Origin: the human T2T-CHM13v2.0 reference genome, Homo sapiens
Strand: one strand, 5' to 3'
NCBI RefSeq assembly: GCF_009914755.1
Contig: NC_060944.1
DNA length: 64,000 nt
Shown here one piece after another: positions 13,613 to 25,233 of the stretch (position 1 is the first letter of the stretch; each line of letters begins with the position of its first letter). Under the pieces are notes generated by a model, which worked only from the letters and a program-made list of their open reading frames with translations, made no database searches and had not been told where the DNA came from. The position numbers and the translations under genes are program-made.

Positions 13613-14034
13613 CAAGAGTAGCTCTTCACCAAGCTTATATGTTACAAGTCTACTCACACTCCATTAACTGATGAGAATCAATGTTGAGGAGTGGATGATT
13701 TTTACACTTTCCAATCAGGACTAGACCAGAGCAGAGCCTTCTAAAGAAGGGTCTTCAGTGCCTATTTCTAAACTCTGCTGGGGAAAGCAGGATCTGACTG
13801 GAGAATAAGTCCCTTGGTAAACAAATGTGAGTATTTGCCTTGTTCAGTCCAGCTTATGCTCTGAACAACTAAGGATCTTGTACTATATACCAATGTACCC
13901 AGGTAACTCCAATTATTAGGAGCCAGTGAATTGGATATATACTTTGTGCTCATTCCATTCTCCTTCCTACTGCTGAGTCAATCACCGGTGAAATGGAACT
14001 CACTGCTTGGATTGTCTTCATTTGGATCTCAGTT

Positions 14035-14200
14035 CCGTCATTAAACAAATATTTATTGAGTGCCTTCCATGTGCAAGACACTATTCGGGCACAGTGGGAA
14101 TATCACAATGAGTAAGAGAGTCCTTGCCCTCCAGAGCTTCCAGGTTGGTAAGAAAAAGAAACTAAATTCATAGAAACCTACAATGAAAGGCTGAATTTGT
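14035..14200 (-). mobile_element. L2 3' fragment
   Basis: cattaaacaaatatttattgagtgccttccatgtgcaagacact. Confidence 0.7.
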
Positions 14201-14310
14201 TATCCTACTACCCCTGTTTTTTTCCCCAAACTGCTTCTCTTTATGGGCAGTGTGGTTGTCCTCCATGTGGTTGTCCTCCATCTTGTTTGTGTTGATGTCT
14301 CGATTCTTTT

Positions 14311-14603
14311 TTTTTTTTGAGATGGAATCTCACTCTGTCACCCAGGCTGGAGTGGAGTAGTGAGATCTTGGGGCACTGCAACCTCCACCTCCCGAGTTTA
14401 AGCAATTCTCCTGCCTCAGCCTCCTGAGTAGCTGGGATTACAGCCACATGCCACCATGCCCGGCTACTTTTTGTATTTTTAGTAGAGACGGGGTTTCACC
14501 ATGTTGGCCACAGGCTGGTCTCAAACTCCTGACCTCAGGTGATCTGCCCGCCTTGGCCTCCCAAGGTGCTGGGATTACAGGTGTGAGCCACCACCCCAGG
14601 CCA
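14311..14603 (-). mobile_element. AluSx-like SINE
   Basis: Alu dimer; 17-bp TSD gatgtctYgattctttt at 14294-310 and 14604-620 with one CpG transition. Confidence 0.93.
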
Positions 14604-16064
14604 GATGTCTTGATTCTTTTTGTCAAACCTGTCCTTAGAAATACTATGATTGTAGGACTTAGGAGGCTGTAAGCAAAATGTTTAAATAATAGCATGTTGG
14701 TGTTTACTAGGAGACCTCTTCCCTAAACACATCATGCTTTTGCTGGGGGTAGGATGGGACTCAGAATGTGGGCTTACTTCTTTGTGTCTCTATATTGAGT
14801 AGCTTCATGCCATAAGTGTTATTAGCACAACTAGAGAACTATGCATATTTATAAAGTGTGATCAGTGTTATTCTCTACACATTAGCTTGAGGGCACATGG
14901 CATTTAACTCTTGCAATTCCAGACTCATGCAGTGACCTGAGTCAGAGTCTGCAATTTTGTCTTCAGCCCTACCTTGATAGCAACAGAATCCACCCAATCA
15001 GAAAGGAAATGAAAAGGGGAAGAGTGGGTTTTTGGGGGGGAGGGGTGCCTTTGCAGTGAGCTCTGCTCTGTCTCAATCTTTCTTACAGGAGGCTAAGCAT
15101 TAGTAGCCCCAAGTCCTATGGATATTGTGTGTAGATTCTCTTGTCTTAGAACCCAATGGCTGCAGCAAGGTACTCATAGCTACTTCTGTTTTCCCTAGAA
15201 TTCTCTAGCCAGTTGTCCACCAACCCAAAGACTCAAGTAGAAAAAGTCCCAAGTATTTAAGGGCTCATCCCAACCTAAGAGGTCCACATGAGCTTCAGAA
15301 TATAGCAGATTGGGTCTCACATTCATTGTTTTGTTGTTGTTTTTCGGTTTTACATAAACGTGAGTGCCAGTATCTTTGGGTTGAGACTGGGCCTCTAACA
15401 AGGCCCCTGAATTCCAGTCTGCTCTTACATCTGCCCTCTTGGTATAGTTCAAGATCCACTCAAAGTGGTCCTCAGAACAGCCTTCAACAGATTTTGGAAG
15501 AAAATAAAAGGAGGCCCATGGACAGAAAACTTAGGGAGATGGTGCATACCCTCTTCTCTTCTGAGGAACAAAAATGGTAATCATATATTAGAGGCTCTGA
15601 GAAGTCTTACAATCACCATAAGGAAAGAAAAACCCACTTTGATTAAACCCACATTTTACAAATGTATTTGCTCATACATTCCTCCTCTCCTTTAGGGAAA
15701 ATCATAATATGTTGGATTGTCAAACTTTCAATAAATGTGAGTGGCTGTTGGCAATTGGAGGTCTGCTGAGAACTCTAAAGTTTCCAGGAATTGGAACTCT
15801 AAAGGCTACCTTCCGGGACTCTGCCGGCTACAGTCAGTCCCCACATCTTTGAGCTTCTGTGGATACCTGACCAGCGGTAGCTTCCCAGTGAATGCCCTTT
15901 ATGAGCCAGCACTGGGCAGGGTATTGCAGTCAGAAGACGTGAGACAAGCTTGAGGCAGTGCCTTAAAGGGTGGTTTCCATGGATGCCACCCAGACCCAGA
16001 TCCCAGAGGCACACACACAAGCACTTGCATCTGTTTTTTCACTCGGCTGGCTTGCTTCCTCAGG

Positions 16065-16200
16065 CCCAGAGCTAGGGTCTGGGGATTCCCATCTGGGTTC
16101 TGCCGTTAATGGGTTGTGTGACCTTGGAGCAGTTACTTAACCTCGGGGTCCTGTTTCCTCAGCTGTAAAATGAGGGGGTTGCATTGTGTGGTCCCAAAGG
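16065..16200. mobile_element. MIR SINE
   Basis: tgtgtgaccttggagcagttacttaacctc...tttcctcagctgtaaaatgaggg. Confidence 0.75.
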
Positions 16201-16725
16201 GAGGCTTCCAGTTCCGCTACTGTGTGAATTTTGCAAGCACAAAATTGTGTGTCCCCTCTCCATGCCTCAATGCTTTTGTCTTGCAAACGAAATGAGTGTG
16301 AGCCTCAGAAAAAGTGGGGTGGCTTATAGAATTGATGAATGCATGGTGGTTTAAGCTGGAGTTCCAGTTCTTGCCTGCACTTGCACCTTGCATCCTGAGG
16401 CTGACATCTGCTTATTGTCAAACAACTGGAAGACGCACACATAAGCAAAATCAAAGATCCAAAATGGGAAGCTGGCCACAGGGAAGCTGGGCCCTTAAGC
16501 AGTGGTTACAAAATGAAGTATCAAGAGGTCGCCAGGAAAAGTGAAAGAGAATGGTCTGGTTTGAATCCTAGCACTAGCTGCTTAACCTCACTTGATCCGT
16601 TTCTTAATCCTTAACTCCTAGCTCTCTGGGTCATCCTAAGGGTTCAATGGGGAGCAAAGCTTTGCAATCAGACAACTTAGGTTGATGGCTTTGCTCTGCA
16701 ACTCACTTACTGTGACCTCCAGTGG

Positions 16726-16910
16726 GGGTTGAGTAACTCTTATCTGAAATGCTTGGGACCAGAAGGGTTTCACATTTCATATTTTTGTCAGGTTTTAGAA
16801 TATCTGCATGATATTAATACTTATGCTCCAATGAGCATTTCCTTTGAGTATCATGTTGGAGTTTGGAGCATTTTGGATTTCAGATTATTGGATTTGGGAT
16901 GCTCAACTTG
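16726..16910. mobile_element. Tigger4a/MER46-like MITE
   Basis: ggttgagtaactcttatctgaaatgcttgggaccagaag...gggatgctcaacttg-ta; inverted termini. Confidence 0.8.
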
Positions 16911-17359
16911 TAGTTTGTTTGCTATTGTTGGTTGCAGTCAGTTCTCAGTAAATATTGGCTCTCTCCATCCATATTTATTCTGTTCTGTCCTTTTCCAGAT
17001 TCATATGATATGAGACATCATTGTCCAATTTCTTCCTTATAACAGTATTATTCTTTTTTTGCTAGATGCAAAGGGAAGCCTTGACATAAACAAACAAAAC
17101 ACAACCTGATTTTTTGAGCCATTTGAAAGTTTCTTTTATAAACAAACTCATTTCTTGAATCATCTTTTGTCCCATTTAATTAGTATTTATTTGCCTCTGT
17201 GTTTTAGTCTCAGTAGGCAAACCAGGAAGTGGGAGCTGAGGTCAAGGAACTTTCTTCTTGTGGTTCTAAGCTCATGGCACACAGGGCTGAGCCTCCTGGG
17301 AAGCAGATGGAGAAACTCCAGATCCTGGAAAGGAGAGAGGGGGATGCCTGCATACTCTT

Positions 17360-17720
17360 CTGCCCCAGTGAGCAGGTGTGCCCCGCCCCTGTCTCTCAGC
17401 AAAGACCTGCCAAGTAACAATTGACACATTGTGTGGAAATAAAAGCAGTGGGCGAGTAGCTGCAGTTTCTAATGGCAGCGTGGGTAGTCGGGGGCGGGCC
17501 AGCCCCAGCAGTGACAGCTGTGGTACCCAACATTGTCAGTGCAGACGCTGATGGCCTCTGTTCCCCATGCCTGCCCACATTTGTGCACCCTGTCACTGCA
17601 GGGTGACAAGCCCAAACACAGGGAGCCTCCCTTTCTTATGCTAATGCTCTGTAATGACAGCTTCCCCAGCCCACCAGGTGTGACAGCCACCAGAGGCAGC
17701 CTCCACTCCCACTGCTGAGT
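17360..17720. promoter_or_regulatory. Candidate enhancer: TGACA cluster with T-box sites, E-boxes and a GC box
   Basis: Seven TGACA/TGTCA in 17422-17686, AGGTGTGACAG at 17676-86, GGGGCGGG at 17491; no repeat recognised; function is inferred. Confidence 0.4.
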
Positions 17721-18079
17721 TTCCCACCCCGAGTCCTGGACCTGATTCAGGATGGAGCCTGGAGAAGGACAGACACCCTCTGCCAGCCATGAAGATCCCA
17801 GGCCCACAAGTTGCTGGCCCTCTGTAGCCTAGATCTTGACTCTCTCCTGCTCATTAGGGCATCTTGTCACTGTCCACTGTCTTCATCTTCATCCACCCTA
17901 CTCCTTGCTGTCTAACCACAAGCGTCTTCTTTATGTTCTTACATGCACTAAAACCTTCCTTGTTTTCTCTTGCTGTTCTTTCTTGCTTGGAGACCTTTGA
18001 CACTTGCTCTTCCCTTCCTTGATTTATTCCTGTCCTTCAGGACTCTGCTAATGCTGCCGCTTCTCTGGCTTTCTTGTTC

Positions 18080-18330
18080 TATATCGATAGCCCTGTGTTT
18101 GTTCTTCAACATCACTGTTTATTTCCTAGATACTATTGATATTGATCTCAGTCTTTAATGTCTGATAATGTATTTATTTGCTTATTTGTCTCTTCTACTA
18201 TAATATAAACTCAATAAAGGCAGGGACCTGGTCTGTCTTGTTCACAGCTCCATCCCTAGAGTCTATTCCCCATTGCCTGGAACATAGTAGCTACTCAATG
18301 AACACAAGTGGAATGAATAAATGAATAAAA
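18080..18330 (+). mobile_element. L2 3' end
   Basis: ggcagggacctggtctgtcttgttcac...gcctggaacatagtagctactcaat...gaatgaataaatgaat. Confidence 0.8.
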
Positions 18331-18639
18331 ATATGCATACAGGAAAACGCTCCCATAAGTAACTGTGGCTCATCAAGCAATGATCCCCAAATGGGGAGTC
18401 ATGACCCCAAGGGCACACACTGTCTTAGAAAAGCTGCCCAGTGATCCTAGTGCTTGCTCTTTTGTAAGAGTAAGTGAACTCTGCTGCAAAGGCCTGTTCC
18501 TGTGCAGCCTTCTGCTTCTTTTGCTTTCCTAAATTTTATTTGTCTGATCCTTTAGCCATGTTCTATGCCAACTCTGGTTACAGCTAGTTAAATGATTAAC
18601 ATTTGCTCTCCCAAGCTAGTCCAGCCTGAGGGCTATGGG

Positions 18640-19350
18640 TAAAAATCATTTAAAAATCTTGTTTTCTTTCTGAAAACTTGTAAGGATCTCTCTTTACCTT
18701 TGAAGTTTGGAAATTTCACAAGATACCTAGGGTGTATGTCTTTTTTCATTAGTTCTGCCTGGGGCTCAGTGAACCCTTTCAATCTGAAGACCAAACCAGC
18801 CTGTCCTCTAATTCACAGTTTTCTTCTATCATTTGATTACTTTTCTCCCATTCATTTTCCTGTCTTCTTCTGGGTCTCCTAGTAATTACTTAAATCTCCT
18901 GAATTCATCCTTTAAGTCCCTTATTGGCTCACCCTTGAATCTCCTTTTAAAACTTTAATTCTTATGCATTTATGCATTTATGTTTGGACTGATTTGTAAG
19001 ATGTTTCTTCTAATTGGTCTTTCCATCACTAACTCTCAGGAGTGACTCTTCACTTTTTCAAATTTTCTATTAAATTTTTAAATTTTGGAAACAATTTTCT
19101 TCCAGAAAGCCTGTTTCTTGCCTCAGTCACATCTCTTTGAGAGGGAATGTTACTTTTCTATCAAAGTTGTTTTTTGTTGTTTTTGTTTTTTGTTTTGTTT
19201 TTTCTGTTTATCACAATTTTTTGGCCTCAACAGGAGCCATCTGTCCCTATTTGTCAGCCTGGTCCCCTGTCTCAAGTTACTGAGTCTCTTTAAAATGGAT
19301 GGAGGTTTCTTTGCCTTCTCATGGGTGTGGATGCCTCCGCATCCATAAAT
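18640..19350 (-). mobile_element. Old L1ME/HAL1-like fragment
   Basis: ggatctctctttacctttgaagtttggaaatttcacaagatacctaggg, an antisense ORF1-type pattern. Confidence 0.45.
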
Positions 19351-20081
19351 GTGGTAAGGACACTGAGGCTCTTGTTCTGGTGGGTTTGTGCTCTGTCCTT
19401 CTTAACCCCAATTCTGGCCTCTCTCCCTAGTCCACTGTCTCCTCCACAGAATCTCACATCCTAGATATGCTCAGGCTTGTCTCTGGATTTCATACTTTGG
19501 CCAGTTCAATTGTTTTGAGTCACCTAAATAGGAAATGTAGAAAGACTGAGCAGCCACCTTTCCAGAATGTCCAGTAGCAATACAAAATGCAGTGGGTAGG
19601 TGGTTTGGTTCTTAGCCTACCCCACTGTGATCACCGGGGACCCTCTTCCCTATCTATGGCCCCTCTGTTTTCCTGAGGATATGGTGGTTACCTCAGGTGC
19701 TCCCCTTGGTGGTCAATGAATTTCTCTAGCTTCAGCTTCATTCTCCCATCCTCATCCCTGCTTCCCCTCCCCAACCCCGCGTCGTCCTGTCACTGAAGAC
19801 ACTACCTATGTCTGCTAATCAGCCATCATGCACATGTTAAACCTGCCTTGACTGTCCTGGCTCTTCTTGCCACACTGATGTATGGATTCCTTTGTATCCT
19901 GCCTCAAAACAAATCTTCATTTGTTATGCTCTGGCAATCTGGAACATTGCTCAGAGCTGGCAGCCTCTGGGTGCTCGATTCAAAAGTAGCTCTTCCTGCA
20001 GGCAATGACCAGAGGATCCCCAGAACTATTTTGATCAAGTTGATCAAGTTTTATCCTTTTCTAGGCTGCTTATTTATTCTA

Positions 20082-20420
20082 TCAGTTCTCAAAGTGTGGT
20101 CCAGACCCTTTCAGGAGTCTGTGCAGTCAAAACTAATTTCTTGAGGAGATTAGGGTGTTGATTTTCCCGTTCTTTCTTTCACAAACACGTAGTGGAGTTT
20201 CCAAAAGTTATCCCACATATCATGACATCATTGTTCTGGTGGTGAGTGGGATGTGTAAATGAATATTCTTGGGTTTAAAGCATTTATCAGTTCTAATTTT
20301 TAATATGGTACATATCAATAGCTATAATTCACGTAAACGCAAGCTCCTTGGAGTATTCAACACTTTTTAAAAGATGTTTACATCTTTTAAACAGTCCTGA
20401 AACTAAAAAGCTGAACAAAT
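20082..20420. mobile_element. MER119-like hAT-Charlie element
   Basis: ttctcaaagtgtggtccagaccctttcagg...gtcaaaact...gtcctgaaactaaaaag. Confidence 0.65.
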
Positions 20421-20424
20421 ATTG

Positions 20425-20730
20425 ATGTATTCATTTACTCAAAAAATATTATTGAGTCCCTGCTGTATACCAGACACTATTTTTTTGTGGATTATGAAGA
20501 AACACAAAGAATGAGACAGAGCCTTTGCTTTTATGGACATTCTAGCTGGGGAGGTAGACAACTACAAGTTAGTAATTAAGGATAGTATCTAATTTCAGGT
20601 GGTGATAAGTAAATGAAGAAAAAACAAAGCTGAGGAAAGAGTGCAAATGCCAAGGGTTGCAATTTTAGATGGGGGAGTCAGGGAGGCCTCTTTGCAGAAA
20701 CCACACTGGATCAGAGACCTGAATGATGCC
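20425..20730 (-). mobile_element. L2 fragment
   Basis: attcatttactcaaaaaatattattgagtccctgctgtataccagacact. Confidence 0.7.
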
Positions 20731-20929
20731 TAATTCTTTGTATCATTTCTCCCAGGAGGATAAGAGGCCCAAAGTGCACATGGACTCATGGTTGCCCATT
20801 AGGACATGACCGGGCTTTCTAGTGGGTGTGCAAAATTTGTCTCTCATGAAAGACATTACTACTTTAAATAGATCAAAGTTCAGTTCAAAATGTTTATCAC
20901 AATCATATGAATCATTTATGAAATATTTA

Positions 20930-21160
20930 ATAGCTGATAGTTACCACGTGCCAGGGATTGTGAAAATTATATCACATGCATTTCTCATTGAATCCTCATA
21001 ATAACACACTAAGCTAAGGACTATTCATATCTCTACTTTGAAGATGGGGAATCAGAAGGCTAAAGATGAAGATGCAAAATCCATCATCAAAGCAGTTAGC
21101 AGCAAAACCAGGTTTCAAATCCTTGTTTTTCTGGTTCCAAAATTTATGCTCTTGACCATG
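20930..21160. mobile_element. MIR SINE
   Basis: ttctcattgaatcctcataataac...gaagatggggaatcagaaggct. Confidence 0.65.
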
Positions 21161-21239
21161 AGGCAATTGTGAGAGGCCTGGGAATCTATAAATAAATTCA
21201 CATTCCTTTCTTTGTAGAAGCTCATTGTATTATGGAAAT

Positions 21240-22250
21240 AATAAATAGACAGTAAATTATTATACCATGTGGTAAATTCTGGGATTTAGAAAGGCATAGA
21301 CTATAACAAGAAACCAAAAGAGGGTCATTTAACCCAACTGGTGGGAAAGCACCTATAGAAGCTTCTAGAAAGAGGTGATTCGAAATCTGAATCCTGAGAG
21401 TTGTGAGGACAATCAAGGGAAAAAAGAAGAGAAGTATGTTCCTGGTTAATAAATGAGCATAAACAAAGACACTGATGTATGAATACTATACAGTATCCAG
21501 AAAACTGGGAAGTTCAGTATTGCTGGAACATGAGAAATGGGAGAACCTTCAGCAAGAGGTCATGGAGTTAGAAGGTTTGTGATTATAGACAGCATTATGC
21601 AACATATTAAGAAGCTTGGAATTTGTTTTAGAAAAACATAAGAAATCATTGGAAGTTTTTAGACAGTCAAATATCAAGGTAAGGATTATTTTAAGTAAAA
21701 TGCTCTGATAACCACTCTGAGGATAGATGTGAAGAGGAAAGAGCAGTCCAGTTAGGAGAGAAATGTAGTGGTCCAGGGATGAGATAATGGTGGTTTCCTC
21801 TGAGGTAAAGAAGATGAGGATGGAGGAGAGGAGGGAGGTTGAGGGGTCATGTGGAAAAGTCAGCAGGGTGAGGTGACTGATTGAAGTTGAGATTCAGTGA
21901 AAGGGAAAATGAGGGTGATTCCCAGATTTTGGCTCAAATGACTAGATTGACTAGATAAATATTGGTTCCATTGGCTGATTTCAAGAACAAAGGAGGAGCA
22001 GCATGAGAGGGGAGGTTGGCAGAATGTGACATGATGGTGCACGTGCAGTGCATTTGAGGCACCAGTTGCTTGTTTTAGGAATCTGCAGCTCACCACAGAG
22101 ATCTGGAGATTGGGATCTGGACATTCTCAGGAACTCAGTGAATGTTAAAATAGTAGGAATGGATGAGATCATCCAGGAGCAGGTGGTAGAACAGTGGTGA
22201 GGAAACAAAACAGAATAGCAACAGCATAATCTTTAAGAATATTTAGGCTC
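21240..22250 (-). mobile_element. L2 fragment
   Basis: Purine-rich L2 body (gtggtccagggatgagataatggtgg; aatggatgagatcatccagg). Confidence 0.65.
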
Positions 22251-23100
22251 TGTAACCAAAGTTTTACCAAACCAGTTACAGAAACTCTAGCTAACAAGGT
22301 CTTTTTATCTGGTGGGGCTAGGAAGAAAATGGTGTAGGAAAGATTGCTATGAATGAAAGAAAGGAAGCAAGTGGGCAAATACTACAGTGAAAGCCCATGG
22401 AAGAGGGAGAAGAGCCATAGGCCAGGGAAGATCTATGGAGAAGAGACGACCAGGAAGTGGATAGGTCAGGAAGGGGTTAGGTTGTTGGTCCTTCCAAAAT
22501 TTATGCTCTTTATATGTTTAACACAGACTACCTTCTCCATTCAAATCATGTCAGACCAAGTATCCAATAAAGACAAGATTGAGGTCCATACTACACTGGG
22601 CTTCCCTCTTGCTCTTATCTGAAGGTCAATCTTACCAATCCCTCTGTGCCATAATCCAGTAACCTAGGCCATCAGGTTATAGATCTCCTGGAAAATCTAA
22701 ATCAAATGACAAAGAGAAAAGTTAGCTTTCCAACTCACATGGTCCTGTTGCTTTCTGGTTCCCTGGGAAGCTACATGGACAAAGATGTCTGTAGGGCTGA
22801 ATTTAGTTGTCTTTTCTTCTTACATTGAAAATTTCATTTAGGCTTCTGAAAGCTGTGGAATTCATAGTCTTCTATGGAGACGGCCTCTTTTTTGGTGGTG
22901 TAATTGGAGTCAAGTACTTATTTGTTGCTTGCAAACTTTTAGTAGCGAAAATAACATTAATATGACGGGTAAGACGGGAGTTTTACTGAGAGATCAATGA
23001 CAAGAACTGGCTCCAGAAAGACAAATAATCTTCATTTCACATGGCAACCTAATGATAGGTGAGGACAGATGGTGACAACCCTCAACCTGGAATTCTTCTT

Positions 23101-23125
23101 GAATCAATCAATCAATCAATCAATC
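23101..23125. repeat. (AATC)n microsatellite
   Basis: gaatcaatcaatcaatcaatcaatc. Confidence 0.85.
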
Positions 23126-23734
23126 AGCAACTATTTATTGATCTGCTGTTTTGGCTAAAAACACAGACCTTGGAAGCAGAAGGCTGAATTCAAAACCCAA
23201 GTTTTCCATGTACCCGTGGCTTATTTTTGGGAGAGCTCCCGAACCCGTCTGAGCCTCAATTTCTTTCTCTGAATAGTAAGGAAAATAATTGTAGTTAACC
23301 CAATGGGTTCTTGTGGGGACCAGTTGAAATGTAAGGACCCAGTAACTGTCAGCTGCTATTATTGTTGTTTTTGATATTATTGTTGTGGTAGTTGTTGCCG
23401 TGATTGTTACAACTTCTGAGTGCTCTGGGCTACTGTATAGGCTTTCTTTTTTCCAGGCGGATTTTATGATGTTCCCTGGAAATGTGCCATGGGGGCTTCA
23501 AAGAAATTTCCAAGGTGGCCCTGGGCTTCCTGGATACTTAGCGTTTATAGTTTTCCGACCACTCAGAGAAACACATGGGTCTCAGCCCGTGAGGATCCCA
23601 TGGGGAGAAAAGGGAAGGAAAGGACCATGGGGGTAAGAGGGAGGTGAAGAGAGGACACAGGCCGTCAGGAGAGAGAGAGAAAGAGATGGGGCATGGGGAG
23701 GGAAAAACTTTGTGGTGATAAAAGAAGAAACCCC

Positions 23735-24000
23735 CACGCTTGTAATCCCAGCACTTTGGGAGGCTGAGGGGGCGGATCACGAGGTCAGGAGTTCAAGACC
23801 ATCCTGGCTAACACGGTGAAAACCCATCTCTGCAAAAAATTAGCTGGGCGTGGTGGCACACACCTGTAGTTCCACCTACTCAGGAGGCTGAGGCAGGAGA
23901 ATACCTTGAATCTGGGAGGTGGAAGTTGCGGTGAGCCAAGATCACACCACTGCACTCCAGCCTGGGTGACAGAGCAAGTCTCCGTCTCAAAAAAAAAAAA
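23735..24000 (+). mobile_element. 5'-truncated Alu (AluSc/Y-like)
   Basis: Starts at cacgcttgtaatccc, has poly-A; TSD aagaaacc at 23725-32 and 24001-08. Confidence 0.9.
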
Positions 24001-24024
24001 AAGAAACCACAAGTTTTTGCCATC

Positions 24025-24300
24025 ATTCCTTCAATAAATTAATATCTCTAGAGTGCCTATTCTGTTCCAGATACTCTTCTAGGTGCTGAGGATACCACAG
24101 TGAGTAAGAGATATGAAGTCCATATCTTCACGAATATTACATTCTGTGTGGGATGGAAGGGAGCAGACATTAATACATCAAATAATTTCAGATAACAGGA
24201 AATACTTTAAAGAAGATTAAACTGCGTGAGTTGCTAGAGATTAGCTTAGGGAGGATGAGAGGACCTACTTCAAGTCATGTGTTCAGGAAGGACCTTTTTA
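24025..24300 (-). mobile_element. L2 fragment
   Basis: cattccttcaataaatt...gagtgcctattctgttccagatactcttctaggtgctgaggatacc. Confidence 0.7.
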
Positions 24301-24674
24301 ATTACTAAAGAGAGATTCGCCTTGTTTGGGGGCACCAGGTTTTACCCAGTACTGAAGTCTCATTCCATGTGGTGGATCTAACTGGCCTGTTCTCTTCCCT
24401 TTCACTACCTTTTCACAAGCTCCTCTCCTCCTCATGGGCGACAGACAGCCTTTCTTATTAATGAATTTGGGAACAGGACCTAGGTATTCATAGCTCAGCC
24501 TATTTCCTCTCCTTTTTAGGGCAGAGTGAAGTGTTTGCAAATAACATGTAGTCTTCTATGCTTCTTCATGCTTTAGGTTTACCAGGGCAGAACTGCTTGT
24601 TGGGGGCAGCTGCAGTGGTTTGGCACATTCTTTTCTGGGGTTCAGGATTATATACCAGCCTTTATGATCTAAGG

Positions 24675-24861
24675 CAGTGGTTCTTAAAATGTGGTCCATG
24701 AATCAGCAGCATCAACATCATCTGGGCACCCATTAGAAATACAAATATCAGGCCCCATCCCAGACTTTCTGAATCAGGTGTTCTGGGGGTGGGGTCCAGC
24801 AATTCTTGTTTTAACCATTGCTTCAGTTGGTTCTTACGTGCACTCAAGTTTGAAACCACTG
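24675..24861. mobile_element. MER5A (hAT-Charlie MITE)
   Basis: cagtggttcttaaaatgtggtcc...tcaagtttgaaaccactg termini. Confidence 0.85.
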
Positions 24862-24998
24862 CTTAAGTGCAGTTTTACTTTCTCTAAAATGCGGTGTTCC
24901 AGGTGTTGAAAAGCTTTGCCATTCCAATCTGCTTGAAGTCAGTGGCAAAGAGCCTAAAACTTGAATGTCAAAAGCTTTTGCAGTTCTTTTGTGTATCT

Positions 24999-25233
24999 CA
25001 GGGTACCTCGTCAGCCTCAGCACTAATGACATTTGGGGTTGGTTAATTCTTGTTTTAGGGGGCCGCGGGGGTGTTGATCTTGGACGTTGTAGGGTGTTTA
25101 GCAGCATCCCTGGCCTTTACTCATTAGATGCTAGTAACGTTCCTTCCTAACTCCAGCTGTGACAATCAAAATGTCTCCATGCATTACTAAATATTCCCTT
25201 GAACACAAGATCATCCCTGGTTGAGGACCATTG
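24999..25233. mobile_element. MER20 (hAT-Charlie MITE)
   Basis: gtgtttagcagcatccctggcc...tgtgacaatcaaaatgtctcc...ccctggttgaggaccattg. Confidence 0.85.

Noticed and set aside
17671-17702. CTCF-like CCACCAG motifs
   Set aside because: ccaccagaggcagc lacks one G of the core and ccaccaggtgtgac mismatches the 3' half, so neither is supportable.
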